This document shows positions 48,783 to 60,382 of a DNA stretch of 64,000 nt, piece after piece. The stretch is taken from the NCBI RefSeq assembly GCF_001194135.2, contig NC_069008.1, positions 1,546,890 to 1,610,889 of the forward strand, read 5' to 3'. The position numbers were made by a program, and so were the translations under genes. This DNA comes from Octopus bimaculoides. Lineage: Eukaryota. The notes below the pieces were generated by a model that was not told the origin of the DNA, ran no database searches, and saw only the letters and a list, made by a program, of their open reading frames with translations. The first letter of the stretch is position 1. Every line of letters begins with the position of its first letter.

Positions 48783-49808
48783 ATGGAAAATAAATTATGT
48801 GAGGACACAGTTGAATTTAAAACAGAATTCAAACCTATTGATTTTCCTGATAATATAAAGAAAGAGAAAAACGAGACACCTTCTCTATGCAACATTTGTG
48901 GTAGGTCGTTCTCTGAAAAAGATCACCTCACTAATCATAAATGTATTCACACAGGAGAGAGGCCATATCATTGTGATGTCTGTGGTAAGTCATTCTGTCA
49001 AAAAGTTCATTTAACTGTTCATGTACGCGTCCATACAGGAGAGAAACCTTATCACTGTGATGTCTGTGGTAAATCATTCTCTGTAGGAAGTACCTTAACA
49101 AAACACAAACGCATTCATACAGGAGAGAAACCATATCACTGTGATGTCTGTGGTAAATCATTCTCTGGAAGTAGCGACTTAACTCAACATAAACACTTTC
49201 ATACGGGTGAGAGACCATATCGTTGTAATGTGTGCGGAAAATCATTTTCAAAAAGTCCACACTTAACTGTACATAAACGTATTCACACAGGAGAGAAACC
49301 GTATCAGTGTGATATCTGTGGTAAATCATTCTCTGGAAGTAGTCCCTTAGTAATTCATAAACGTGTTCATACAGGAGAGAAGCCATATCACTGTGATATC
49401 TGTGATAAATCGTTCTCCCAAAGTACACATTTGACTGTCCATAGAAATAGTCACACAGGAGAAAAACCATATCAGTGTGATATCTGTGGTAAATCATTCT
49501 CAAAAAATCCATACTTAACTATACATAAACGTATTCACACAGGAGAAAAACCATATCAGTGTGATATCTGTGGTAAGTCATTCCCTGGCAGTAGTGCCTT
49601 AGCTACTCATAAGCGTGTTCACACAGGAGAGAAACCATATCAGTGCGATGTTTGTGGTAAACCATTCTCACAAAGTGCACACCTAACTGTACATAGACTT
49701 ATTCACACAGGAGAAAAACCATATCATTGTGATATCTGTGGTAAATCATTCTCAAAAAATAAATATTTAAGTACTCATAGATGTATTCACACAGAAGAAA
49801 ACCCATAG
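48783..49808 (+). CDS. C2H2 zinc-finger protein ZNF-G (11 fingers, subfamily 2)
   Basis: 341-aa ORF; leader [29 protein letters not shown]; candidate acceptor at 48240-41; AATAAA at ~49866. Confidence 0.93.
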   Translation: MENKLCEDTVEFKTEFKPIDFPDNIKKEKNETPSLCNICGRSFSEKDHLTNHKCIHTGERPYHCDVCGKSFCQKVHLTVHVRVHTGEKPYHCDVCGKSFSVGSTLTKHKRIHTGEKPYHCDVCGKSFSGSSDLTQHKHFHTGERPYRCNVCGKSFSKSPHLTVHKRIHTGEKPYQCDICGKSFSGSSPLVIHKRVHTGEKPYHCDICDKSFSQSTHLTVHRNSHTGEKPYQCDICGKSFSKNPYLTIHKRIHTGEKPYQCDICGKSFPGSSALATHKRVHTGEKPYQCDVCGKPFSQSAHLTVHRLIHTGEKPYHCDICGKSFSKNKYLSTHRCIHTEENP

Positions 49809-50019
49809 TGTGATATCTGGCAAATCATTCTCTGAAAAATAGTCCCTCAACTATTTATATAAATCAATAAATAAAGTGTTATAGCTATTAAAATGAAAAA
49901 ATTTTGGGTAATTTTAGCCAATTGTAAGCCACAAACATTCATGTATGTTTCCATAGTAACAACGCAAACATGAGAACTCTTTTGTCTACAAGAAAGCCCA
50001 TGTTGACAAGTATATTCCA

Positions 50020-50705
50020 GCCATTGAGGTGGTTGTCATATATGCTGAAAATAGCAGTGAAATAGGCCTTAAATTGTGCACCAGAGCAGGATGCAGTTTC
50101 GTACTTGCAAGAAAATGGTGTTATGCTCCAAAGAAAATTATGCAACATGAAGAAGCATTTTATGAATACAAGACAACATGGTGGGAATATGTACTAGTGA
50201 TACATGTGCCAAGGATACATGGAATCTGTGTCAGTGAGGAAAGACTCGTGGTTTGAAAGTGACCCCCTCTGTCTTAGGACTGTAGTGCTTTCCCTTTACT
50301 CGTTGGTTAAGGAATTGATTTCAGTCAGGTTTTGTGTTGAAGAACTGGGGATGAGCCATTGCACAGCTGTCGATTATAACAGCTATGGTAGGGAAGTATG
50401 TGTGGAGGACCTGCTCCATTATCCAATTAAGGTTGGTGATCCTGGGAAGATTGTTGAGATGTTTTTTTTTAAATATATAATCTGTAATTTGCTATTTTGT
50501 TTTGTGATAAATCTCCTTGTGCTATAAGTTTCTTATTTTGAGAAATGTTTAATTTGCAATGTGCCGTTTACCACATTAAATGCATATTGAATGCTTAAAA
50601 TTACAAATTATGTGTTATTTAATTGTTTTTTTTTTTTGTCTTTGAGGTGGTTGTGAGGTGTGCTAAAAATAGCAGCTAAATAGGCCTTAAATCACACACC
50701 CCAAC
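50020..50705 (+). mobile_element. Merlin/IS1595-like transposase N-terminal remnant
   Basis: SVRKDSWFESDPLCLRTVVLSLY...ELGMSHCTAVDYNSYGREVCVEDLLHYPIKVGDPGKIVE resembles the SWF...W...REVC...IGG.G.IVEIDE segment of Merlin transposases. Confidence 0.7.
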
Positions 50706-51847
50706 AACTTTCCTTTTTCCATAATCGTATGAATTCCCACGTGTAGAATAAAAATTTGCAAAAAATTTTCTGAAAATTCCAAAATATAAAAAGTCATTTG
50801 TGTACGGTTTCCTATAAAAACACACGTGCTATTTTCAGGATGTTGCAAAATGCACAGTCACACACAAAATGACAGCTTTCAAATATTGTTACCTGACAAG
50901 GTGAAAATGATCAAACTTTAAAAATCTATAACTCTTTTTTTTTTTTTTTTGAATTTGGAGAAAGTGAGAGATCTCCAGCAATTCAACTTNNNNNNNNNNN
51001 NNNNNNNNNNNNNNNNNNNNNNNNNNNNNNNNNNNNNNNNNNNNNNNNNNNNNNNNNNNNNNNNNNNNNNNNNNNNNNNNNNNNNNNNNNNNNNNNNNNN
51101 NNNNNNNNNNNNNNNNNNTTTTTTTTTTTTTTTTGAATTTGGAGAAAGTGAGAGATCTCCAGCAATTCAACTTGGAAAACTACATTAATATACCAAATTT
51201 TAAAATTTTCAATACACCTTGATTTTTGAAATCTTGGCAGCCAAACAGAAAAGGTCCGCCACATGCACTGTATAACAGTGGTGTAACACAATCGATATAC
51301 CAATTTTACATATTAAACAGATTCTTGGCATATTAATTGCTTGCAGAGACGCTGTATTTTGTTATACAACCATAATATTCTACCAACTATATTAAAGGTT
51401 TTATAAATCAATGCTATGTCCTACTGTATTAGCATTGCAATTCAATCACTTTTTAAAATTATCTCTTATAGATTTTCTAGAGAAATCAAAGGTACATCTG
51501 AAAGTTATGACGATGCGTATACGAATACGTCGATGGAAATAATACGATCGAAAATAGTAAAAATAAGCATTTCAGTTTCCGTCTATCAAATCTATTCACA
51601 AGGCTTTGGTCAGCCCAGGGCCATAGAAGACACCTGTCCAATTTGCTACGCCATAGGACTGAACCGAAGACCACACGGTTTGGAAATGAATTCATTAAGA
51701 ATTTATCTTGTATGATTTATCTACCCTTACTCAAATACATAATGATCTCTATGAGTTATTTCCCTTGGGATACCGTTATTTCATTTAGGTAAGTATGTGT
51801 ATGTGTGCGTATAAATGCTTATATATATGTATGTAAGTGTGTATTTG

Positions 51848-52136
51848 TGTCACTTCTGCGCAAGCGCATTAAGGGTTAATACGATTGCCAAACCTTTCCT
51901 GTTTCTTTTGAGTCTTGTCTTATGTCTCTCTTCCACCAATATTCTCCTTTATAAAGCATTTCCGTATTTAATAACGAAACCACTATATCTGTCCATATTA
52001 TATGTTTTCGTCAACATCAACTGACTTATTACCCAACCCTCCATCGCACGATATAACCGGAAAAAGTTGAATCATTCCAACCAAACATGAATATTAAATA
52101 ATTGCCGGATAATCGAGAATGCTCTCTCACGTAAGT
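51848..52136 (+). promoter_or_regulatory. Candidate promoter and first non-coding exon of ZNF-H
   Basis: TGCGCAAGCGCA (51857-68), block homologous to 44955-45239, GTAAGT at 52131. Confidence 0.5.
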
Positions 52137-52974
52137 TGCAATTTTTCCGGAATTTTTTTTTGCGCTTGTTTTTTGGCAAGACATTTCCTTTTTTTTTTAT
52201 TTAAAGTTTCCTCCTAGTGAAAACAAATTTCGCGAGAAGCTCTTTCTGAAAAATAATTTTCTTTAAAATCCATGTTTTTCATCTTCCCTTCGGAACAGTA
52301 ACATCCACTAATACGCCCCTCCCCTTTATTGTTTGTTCTTTAGAACAAACAAACATACATACACAAAAATACATCAACATAAGAGATTCTGGTTAATGTT
52401 TACTTGAATACGTGGCCACCAAAACAAAACAAGAAAAAAAAAGGGTAATTTTTCAGATTAACACCCGCACGATCTTCACTAGGGTGTTAGGGTTTTAGGG
52501 TTAGGGAGTCCTTGGCCTTACCAGTACATGTTAAGCCGTCCAACCCATGCCAGCATGGAAAACGGATGCTAAATGATGATGATGATTGGTAAGAACTGTG
52601 AATCACTTAACTGAAATGTGTAGAGAGTGCTTTGGTAATCAGAACAAAATACAGAAGCGTAAGTGGACCAAGTGCACTGGATTTATTACTAATTATTACT
52701 TGGTCCATATTTTAAAGAGTTAAAAAGTGTGTAACTGTTGTGTAGTGTGTGTGCCGTTGTCTCACAGTGGCTGACAGTAACTTCATCTTTTCCTCTGGCC
52801 AAGGTTGTAGTTGGTCACCGGCGGCTGGTGACTAGCCTGTTGAGGCGTCACCGATCGGTGACTAAAGAGAGAGTTTGCTTGTGGTCTCCTGTTTTTATAG
52901 CTAGTGAGAACAAAGGATTCTATTCTAGATCTGATGGAGTAGAAGAGGTCACCAAAGGGTCAAGTGGTGGAGAC

Positions 52975-53341
52975 GGTCCAGATGGACTATATGTAATCTG
53001 AACCTTTCCCCCCTTATTTATTACGGAATCCCACGTTTTAGGCTATGGAGATTTCGATTCACCCTCCCCCCGTTTTTATATAGATCCACAGGGTAAACCT
53101 AACTCAAACCCTAACCCTAACCATAACCCTGACCCTAACCCTAAACCTAACACTAGTTTTGTGAGATTTGGCTGTTATTTCTAGCATGTAAATAGCCTGC
53201 TTAGTGGTGGGGGGGATTGAAATTTTTCAAACAATTTTTTTTCAGAATCGGAATCTCCATAGCCTAAAACGTGGGATTCCGTAAAAAAATTAATAAATAA
53301 GGGTGGGGAAAGGTTCAGATTACATATAGTCCGTCTCTACC
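52975..53341. mobile_element. GG...CC MITE (Merlin-like) with internal (TAACCC)n
   Basis: 8-bp TSD GTGGAGAC (52967-74, 53342-49); ~100-bp TIRs. Confidence 0.85.
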
Positions 53342-54063
53342 GTGGAGACACCACCTCGAAAACCGTTGTTCCACCGCGAGAAAAGTTCTGACGCAGTATT
53401 AATTCAAATTTGTGGCATAGTGGATCGAATCCACTTCACGCCTGTCAGATTCCTATAAGTGTCTTAGGAAGACCCAAGCACAGTTTAATTATTGATGAAT
53501 CTACTGAGATTTCTGTTCCTAAATTGCTGGAAATTATGATTTTACTCAGATCTTAGAAAAGCTGATTATTGTAACATGTGATTTAGTAGAATTGGGAAAA
53601 TGCAATGCTAATAAAATAAGTTTTGCATTTAACCCTTTAGTGTTCACATTATTCTGCCATAATTAATGCTTTTTTTATCCACATTATCTTGAACTAATCA
53701 TGCATTAACTTGTAGCTATGAGATTTTGATGAGGTAGCTGTTAATTTTTAAAACGATATTGTAGGGTTGGTGTGTATGCTGTATGAAAGAGAAATTCCTC
53801 ATCTGATAATTTCTTGATAAAAGAAACCTACAGCTGGTTCTCATATCCATCAGTATGTCAAGAAAAATATAGACAACTTTTTACCACAATAAAGGAAGGA
53901 AAACAGTTGTTAAAGCTTGTTCATCCTTGAGTAATGTGATTCAGTTAAATAATTATATGTACAGTTTATCTGTAAGGAGATGTGGTAATATTGTTGTATC
54001 TCTACTGTTTAAATATCTTCTATATCTGATGCTGTTTTTTTTTCTTTTCTTTTCCTATTTCAG

Positions 54064-54267
54064 GGCCCTCGTGCTGGTGGCACATAAAAGCACCCACTAC
54101 ACTCTCGGAGTGGTTGGCATTAGGAAGGGCATCCAGCTGTAGAAACTCTGCCAGATCAGACTGGGGCCCTGGTGGAGCCTTCTGGTTTCACCAGTCCTCA
54201 GTCAAATCGTCCAACCCATGCCAGCATGGAAAGCGGACGTTAAAAGATGATGATGATGATGATGATG
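54064..54267 (+). mobile_element. 5'-truncated family-1 SINE inserted directly after the candidate splice acceptor of ZNF-H
   Basis: Follows cctatttcAG (54062-63); absent from the homologous sites at 40513 and 48241. Confidence 0.85.
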
Positions 54268-54873
54268 AAGTAACATTCATGGTTAAAGGATTGCTTACAG
54301 CAGAGTCATCATACATCATCAATATTTATCATCCTTTGAAGACTAAAAGAAATACTTTACTGAAATGTGCTTATATAAATCTCTGGTGAATTAGTGAAAT
54401 ATTTCTTCTGAACGGTGATTTATAGCAACATTTTTTCTTGGAATTTTTAAATGATAATCTAAATTTGGACAAATTTACAAAACGGTTTTCAGCCTCTTCA
54501 AATCTCAACATAGATCTGAATTGATGGAAATATAACAGCAGAAATATCTGTCACGAATAAAATATGTAATAATTCAGCAAGTATTTTCTACTGTAGCCCC
54601 AGGCCAACCAAAGCCTTGTGAGTGGATTTAATAGACAAAACTGAAAAAAGACCATTATATATATATGTGTATTTCTGTGTTTGTCACCTACCCCACTTCA
54701 CATCTGGTGTAAATTTATGCTCTGTATCTTGACAGTTCAGCAAAAGAGACCACTACAATGAGTATCAGACTTAAGGAAACTTTGACTAAAACTCTACAAG
54801 GCTGTGGCTTCAGCATGGTTGCTATCCAATGACTGAAACAAGCAGATACTATTTTAGTGGGAAAAGGAAAATT

Positions 54874-55876
54874 ATGGAAAATAAATTATGTGAAAACACA
54901 GTTGAATTTAAACCTATTGATTTTCCTGATAATATAAAGAAAGAGAAAAGAGAAACGCCTTCTCTGTGCAGTATTTGTGGTAGGTCGTTCTCTGACAAAG
55001 ATCACCTCACTAATCATAAATGTATTCACACAGGAGAGAGGCCATATCATTGTGATGTCTGTGGTAAGTCATTCTGTCAAAAAGTTAATTTAACTGTTCA
55101 TGTACGCGTCCATACAGGAGAGAAACCTTATCACTGTGATGTCTGTGGTAAATCATTCTCTGTAGGAAGTACCTTAACAAAACACAAACGCATTCATACA
55201 GGAGAGAAACCATATCACTGTGATGTCTGTGGTAAATCATTCTCTGGAAGTAGCAACTTAACTCAACATAAGCTCTTTCATACAGGTGAGAAACCATATC
55301 ACTGTGATGTGTGCGGCAAATCATTTTCAAAAAGTCCACACTTAACTGTACATAAACGTGTTCACACAGGAGAGAAACCGTATCAGTGTGATATCTGTGG
55401 TAAATCATTCCCTGGAAGTGGTCCCTTAATAATTCATAAACGTGTTCATACAGGAGAGAAGCCATATCACTGCGATATTTGTGGTAAATCGTTCTCCCAA
55501 AGTACACATTTGACTGTCCATAGAAATAGTCACACAGGAGAAAAACCATATCAGTGTGATATCTGTGGTAAATCATTCTCAAAAAGTCCATACTTAACTA
55601 TACATAAACGTATTCACACAGGAGAAAAACCATATCAGTGTGATATCTGTGGTAAGTTATTCCCTGGAAGTAGTGCCTTAACCACTCATAAGCGTATTCA
55701 TACAGGAGAGAAACAATATCACTGCATTGTTTGTGGTAAATCGTTCACGCAAAGTGCGCAATTGACTGTACATAGACGCGTTCATACAGGAGAAAGACCA
55801 TATCAGTGTGATATCTGTGGTAAATCATTCTCAAAAAATAAATATTTAAGTACTCATAGATGTATTCACACAGAAG
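54874..55876 (+). CDS. C2H2 zinc-finger protein ZNF-H (11 fingers visible, runs into a gap)
   Basis: Finger-for-finger paralog of ZNF-G. ATG 54874 matches the paralog start; the upstream ATG at 54829 lies in a SINE end. Confidence 0.9.
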
Positions 55877-56629
55877 NNNNNNNNNNNNNNNNNNNNNNNN
55901 NNNNNNNNNNNNNNNNNNNNNNNNNNNNNNNNNNNNNNNNNNNNNNNNNNNNNNNNNNNNNNNNNNNNNNNNNNNNNNNNNNNNNNNNNNNNNNNNNNNN
56001 NNNNNNNNNNNNNNNNNNNNNNNNNNNNNNNNNNNNNNNNNNNNNNNNNNNNNNNNNNNNNNNNNNNNNNNNNNNNNNNNNNNNNNNNNNNNNNNNNNNN
56101 NNNNNNNNNNNNNNNNNNNNNNNNNNNNNNNNNNNNNNNNNNNNNNNNNNNNNNNNNNNNNNNNNNNNNNNNNNNNNNNNNNNNNNNNNNNNNNNNNNNN
56201 NNNNNNNNNNNNNNNNNNNNNNNNNNNNNNNNNNNNNNNNNNNNNNNNNNNNNNNNNNNNNNNNNNNNNNNNNNNNNNNNNNNNNNNNNNNNNNNNNNNN
56301 NNNNNNNNNNNNNNNNNNNNNNNNNNNNNNNNNNNNNNNNNNNNNNNNNNNNNNNNNNNNNNNNNNNNNNNNNNNNNNNNNNNNNNNNNNNNNNNNNNNN
56401 NNNNNNNNNNNNNNNNNNNNNNNNNNNNNNNNNNNNNNNNNNNNNNNNNNNNNNNNNNNNNNNNNNNNNNNNNNNNNNNNNNNNNNNNNNNNNNNNNNNN
56501 NNNNNNNNNNNNNNNNNNNNNNNNNNNNNNNNNNNNNNNNNNNNNNNNNNNNNNNNNNNNNNNNNNNNNNNNNNNNNNNNNNNNNNNNNNNNNNNNNNNN
56601 NNNNNNNNNNNNNNNNNNNNNNNATACAC

Positions 56630-57000
56630 ATAGGTGTAGGAGTGGTTGTGTGGTAAATAGCTTGCTTATCAACCACATGGTTCTGGGTTCAGTCCCACTG
56701 CGTGGCACCTTGGGCAAGTGTCTTCTACTATAGCCTCGGGCCGACCAAAGCCTTGGTAGATTGAAACTGAAAGAAGCCCATCGTATATATATATATATGT
56801 GTGTGTGTGTATGTATATATATATATATATATATACCGATGGTGGTGTGTTTACGTCCCCGTAACTTAGCGGTTCGGCAAAAGAGACCGATAGAATAAGT
56901 ACTAGGCTTCCAAAGAAAAAGTCCTGGGGTCGATTTGCTCAACTAAAGGCGGTGCTCCAGCATGTCCACAGTCAACTGACTGAAACAAGTAAAAGAGTAT
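56630..57000 (+). mobile_element. tRNA-derived SINE family 2
   Basis: gtgtggtaaatagcttgcttatcaaccacatggttctgggttcagtcccactgcgtggcaccttgggc...actgaaacaagtaaaaga. Confidence 0.85.
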
Positions 57001-57056
57001 TGTAATTGAAATACAACTGCACATAGATATAGTCACACATGTGTAAAAATCTCTGT

Positions 57057-57270
57057 CAGTGTGATATCTACAGTTAATCATTTTCTTGGTTATGTCAATT
57101 ACATAGTCATAAATATATTCTTACTGAAGAGAAATCATGTTTCTCTCTGTTGTAAATCTTTTTGTTAGTTTATATACCTTAACTACTCTGAAAAATATTC
57201 ATCTTGCAAGAGACCCTATCACTGTGACTTCTGTGTTAAATCCTTCTCTGGAGAAGGACACTTAACCACC
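57057..57270 (+). pseudogene. Three fossil C2H2 fingers
   Basis: QCDIYS*SFSWLCQLHSHKYILTEEK...RPYHCDFCVKSFSGEGHLTT with stops and indels; collinear with the C-terminal fingers of ZNF-F. Confidence 0.7.
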
Positions 57271-58469
57271 ATCATCATCATTGTCTTCATGAACATCTGT
57301 TTTCCATGCTGGCATGGGTTGGATGGTTTGACCAGGGCTGGCCAGCAGGAGAGCTGCACCTGGTTCCAGTCTGATTTTGCTTGGTTTCTACAGCTGGGTG
57401 CCCTTCCTAATGCCAACCACTTTACAGTCTATGCTAGGTCCTTTTAACATGGTGCCACCATGGGTGAATGTATTTATACAGAATAGAGACTTTATCATTG
57501 TCAACATTCAGATTGTCATAAATGTTGTGACAGATGTCCTATTTAATTTTTAATGAAGAAACTTTCATTTTTCTCATTGGTATCTCTAATAATTTTATGT
57601 ATATTGTTACTTTATAGTATTTTCAAAATTACTAGAAGCTAGAAAATTAATCTCCATCTGCAAAATTTCCTTAGTATGTATTGCTGGACTGTGGCCTGAC
57701 TCACCTTGGATTACAGCAACAATTGTTTCAGTTGATTCATTCAATGGAACAGCCTGCTTGTGAAATTAACATACAAGTGGCTGAGCACTCCATAGACACA
57801 CACACACACTCCTAACATAATTCTTCAGGAGATCTATGTGCTAGTCAATCACTTTTTAAAATTATCCCTACAGATTTTCTAGAGAAATTAAAGCTACGTG
57901 TAAAAGTTACGACGCGTATACGAATCCGTCTATGGAAACAATGCGATTGAAGATAAGCATTTCATTTTTTGTCTATCAAATTTGTTCACAAAGCATTGGT
58001 CAGTCCATAACTATAGAAGACTCTTGTCCAATGTTCTATGTAGTGGGACTGAACCTAAGACCACATGGTTGGGAAAGCAAGCTTCTCAACCCTACAGCCA
58101 CGTCTGCGTCTATATAAACAATATGAATTCATTAATAATGTATCTTCTATACTGTTTAATATACCCTTACTTGTCCCTCGAGTTGAAAAGCATCTGATTG
58201 ACTTTTTTGAGTTATTTCCCTTAGGATATTGTCGTTTCATTTAAGTATGTATGTGTATAACTACGCATGCTTATAAATAAACACATACAAAGATATGTAT
58301 GACAATGTATATATATATATATCTGTATTCCTTCAGTGTAAGCTCAATAAAAGTTCATTCAGCTTCCAAACCACTTTTCTTTGTCTTGTTTTATGTCTCT
58401 CTTCCAGCAATATTCTCCTTTATAAAACAATTCCATATTTAATAATGAAACAACTATATCTGTTCATAA

Positions 58470-58740
58470 CTGGATGGATGCTGTCAGCATCCATCCACAC
58501 CACATGACCAAACCAGCACAGTCTTCTCTCTTGTACACTGTGTCTATTTCCTCTTATGCCCAGCATTTCTCTCAATACACTAACACTCTGTAGCACATGT
58601 ACACTTCCATTACACATCCGGCAAAGCATACCAGCCTCATCCCTCTTTAGCCTTTGCATGCCCTCTGCATTCAGGACTCGCGTCTCACTTCCAAGCAGAA
58701 TTGTTTGTATATATGCATCGTACAATCTTCCTTTTACTAG
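58470..58740 (-). mobile_element. RTE LINE 3' fragment
   Basis: ILLGSETRVLNAEGMQRLKRDEAGMLCRMCN...LREMLGIRG...VQERRLCWFGHV. Confidence 0.85.
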
Positions 58741-60134
58741 GAGAGACTTGTTATATATATATATATATAAATATATGTGTGTGTGTGCGTCCTTGTCTTA
58801 ACATGTTGTGGTAGTTAAAAAACGGTTGTCATGTCATACAAGCATCCGTTCATTTCCTATAATCTGTGAAAACATGTCTGGCCATGGGGAATCATTGACT
58901 TGCTTTGGAAACAGGTGAGAGTTGGCAACAAAAAGAGCCTCTCATCATAGAAAATCTGCCTGAATTAACTTTCTGAACCGCATAAGCACAGGAAAGTGGA
59001 TGTAAAAATGATGGTGTTGATTCACTGTTCCATGAATGCAGACAAGTTGATGTAGATTGCAGTAACTGGCCCATTGGTCTGTGAACATTTTTGCACCTGG
59101 TTGGAGACCCAGCCTTCGAAGTTCTTTTACAGGGCTTAGAAAAACCGAAGGACTGCTGCAATAAGAGTATGACTCTTAGTGGGGGAATATGTGGAATAAA
59201 ATCATAATTAACTGATCCTCCAGTATTTTCTTTTTTATCCAAAGCCAGGAACTTTTCAGCACCCTCTTGTATGTGTGCGTCAATGAATGATAATAAAGCA
59301 GATAGAAAATTTGGGTTAGCTATGGCTGGTTTAAATGCTAAAAAATCTACAACTTTTGCCATAAACTGTTCAAGTCAATGAATTCTATAATTTATAGTTG
59401 CATCAGCACGTTTTACTTAGATGTTCAACATCAAAAATGACAGGAGAATAATTGAAAAATAAACAAGCTTTATTTAGATATCAAAATATCAAAAATATTG
59501 ACTCAAAGCGGCAAGANNNNNNNNNNNNNNNNNNNNNNNNNNNNNNTTAACACACTGGGCAAAAGGATTAGTAGCATTTCATTTGGCTTCTTTTTCTGAG
59601 TTCAAATTCCACTGAGGTCGACTTTGCCTTTCGTCCTTTTGGGGTTGATAAATTAAGTACCAGTTAAACACAAGGGTTGATGCAATTGACTTGCTTCATC
59701 CACCAAAATTACAACTTTGCATCAAAATTTGAAACCAATATCAAAAATATTAACAGTGATGAAGTAGGAACTCTGGATTATAGAATTTACAGCTGAGATG
59801 ATTAAAAACTGAGAAAATATGGTGATATCTTGGGCATAGCCATTCGATGTTTAAAACCTAGTTTTATAGAAACTTCTTTCAAAATTCCTATTTTGTTTTT
59901 CACACATTTACTTGTGTTGGTTGAACAATGTAAAATGTTGGAGAAAGAAACCTGGCTGTCTCTTGCAATAAAATACCAATAGACACATCTAAAGCAAAAG
60001 TTATTCAGGGACCCTTAAAATATTAGTGTGGATCACTAATTTATTATTTTGTTTGGTGGACCCTCAAAAGTCTTATATGGACCCTCAGAGGCCATATGGG
60101 CCCTGGTTGAGAACCACTGATTTAGATACTGAAA

Positions 60135-60374
60135 CAGTGCTGGCACCACATAAAAAGCACCTGTGCCGGCGTCACATAAAGAGCACCCATGCCAGCACCA
60201 TGTAATAAGCTCCCAGTACACTCTGTAAAGCAAGTGGTATTAGGAAGAGCTCTCAGGTGTAAAAACCAGGCCAAAATAAATGTCAGAAGCCTGGTGCAGC
60301 TCACTGGCTTACCAGCTCCAGTCAAACCGTCCAACCCATGCCAGCATAGAAAACAAACATTAAATGATGATGAT
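60135..60374 (+). mobile_element. SINE antisense to ZNF-I, with its tail 8 bp from the ZNF-I stop
   Basis: ...gtccaacccatgccagcatagaaaacaaacattaaatgatgatgat ends at 60374; the TAG stop is at 60385-83. Confidence 0.8.
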
Positions 60375-60382
60375 AATTGTAA

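Noticed and set aside
48860-55876. Positive selection on DNA-contact residues between ZNF-G and ZNF-H
   Set aside because: By hand count about 5 of ~26 differences fall at helix positions -1, 2, 3 and 6, close to their share of residues. No clear enrichment without a codon-model test.
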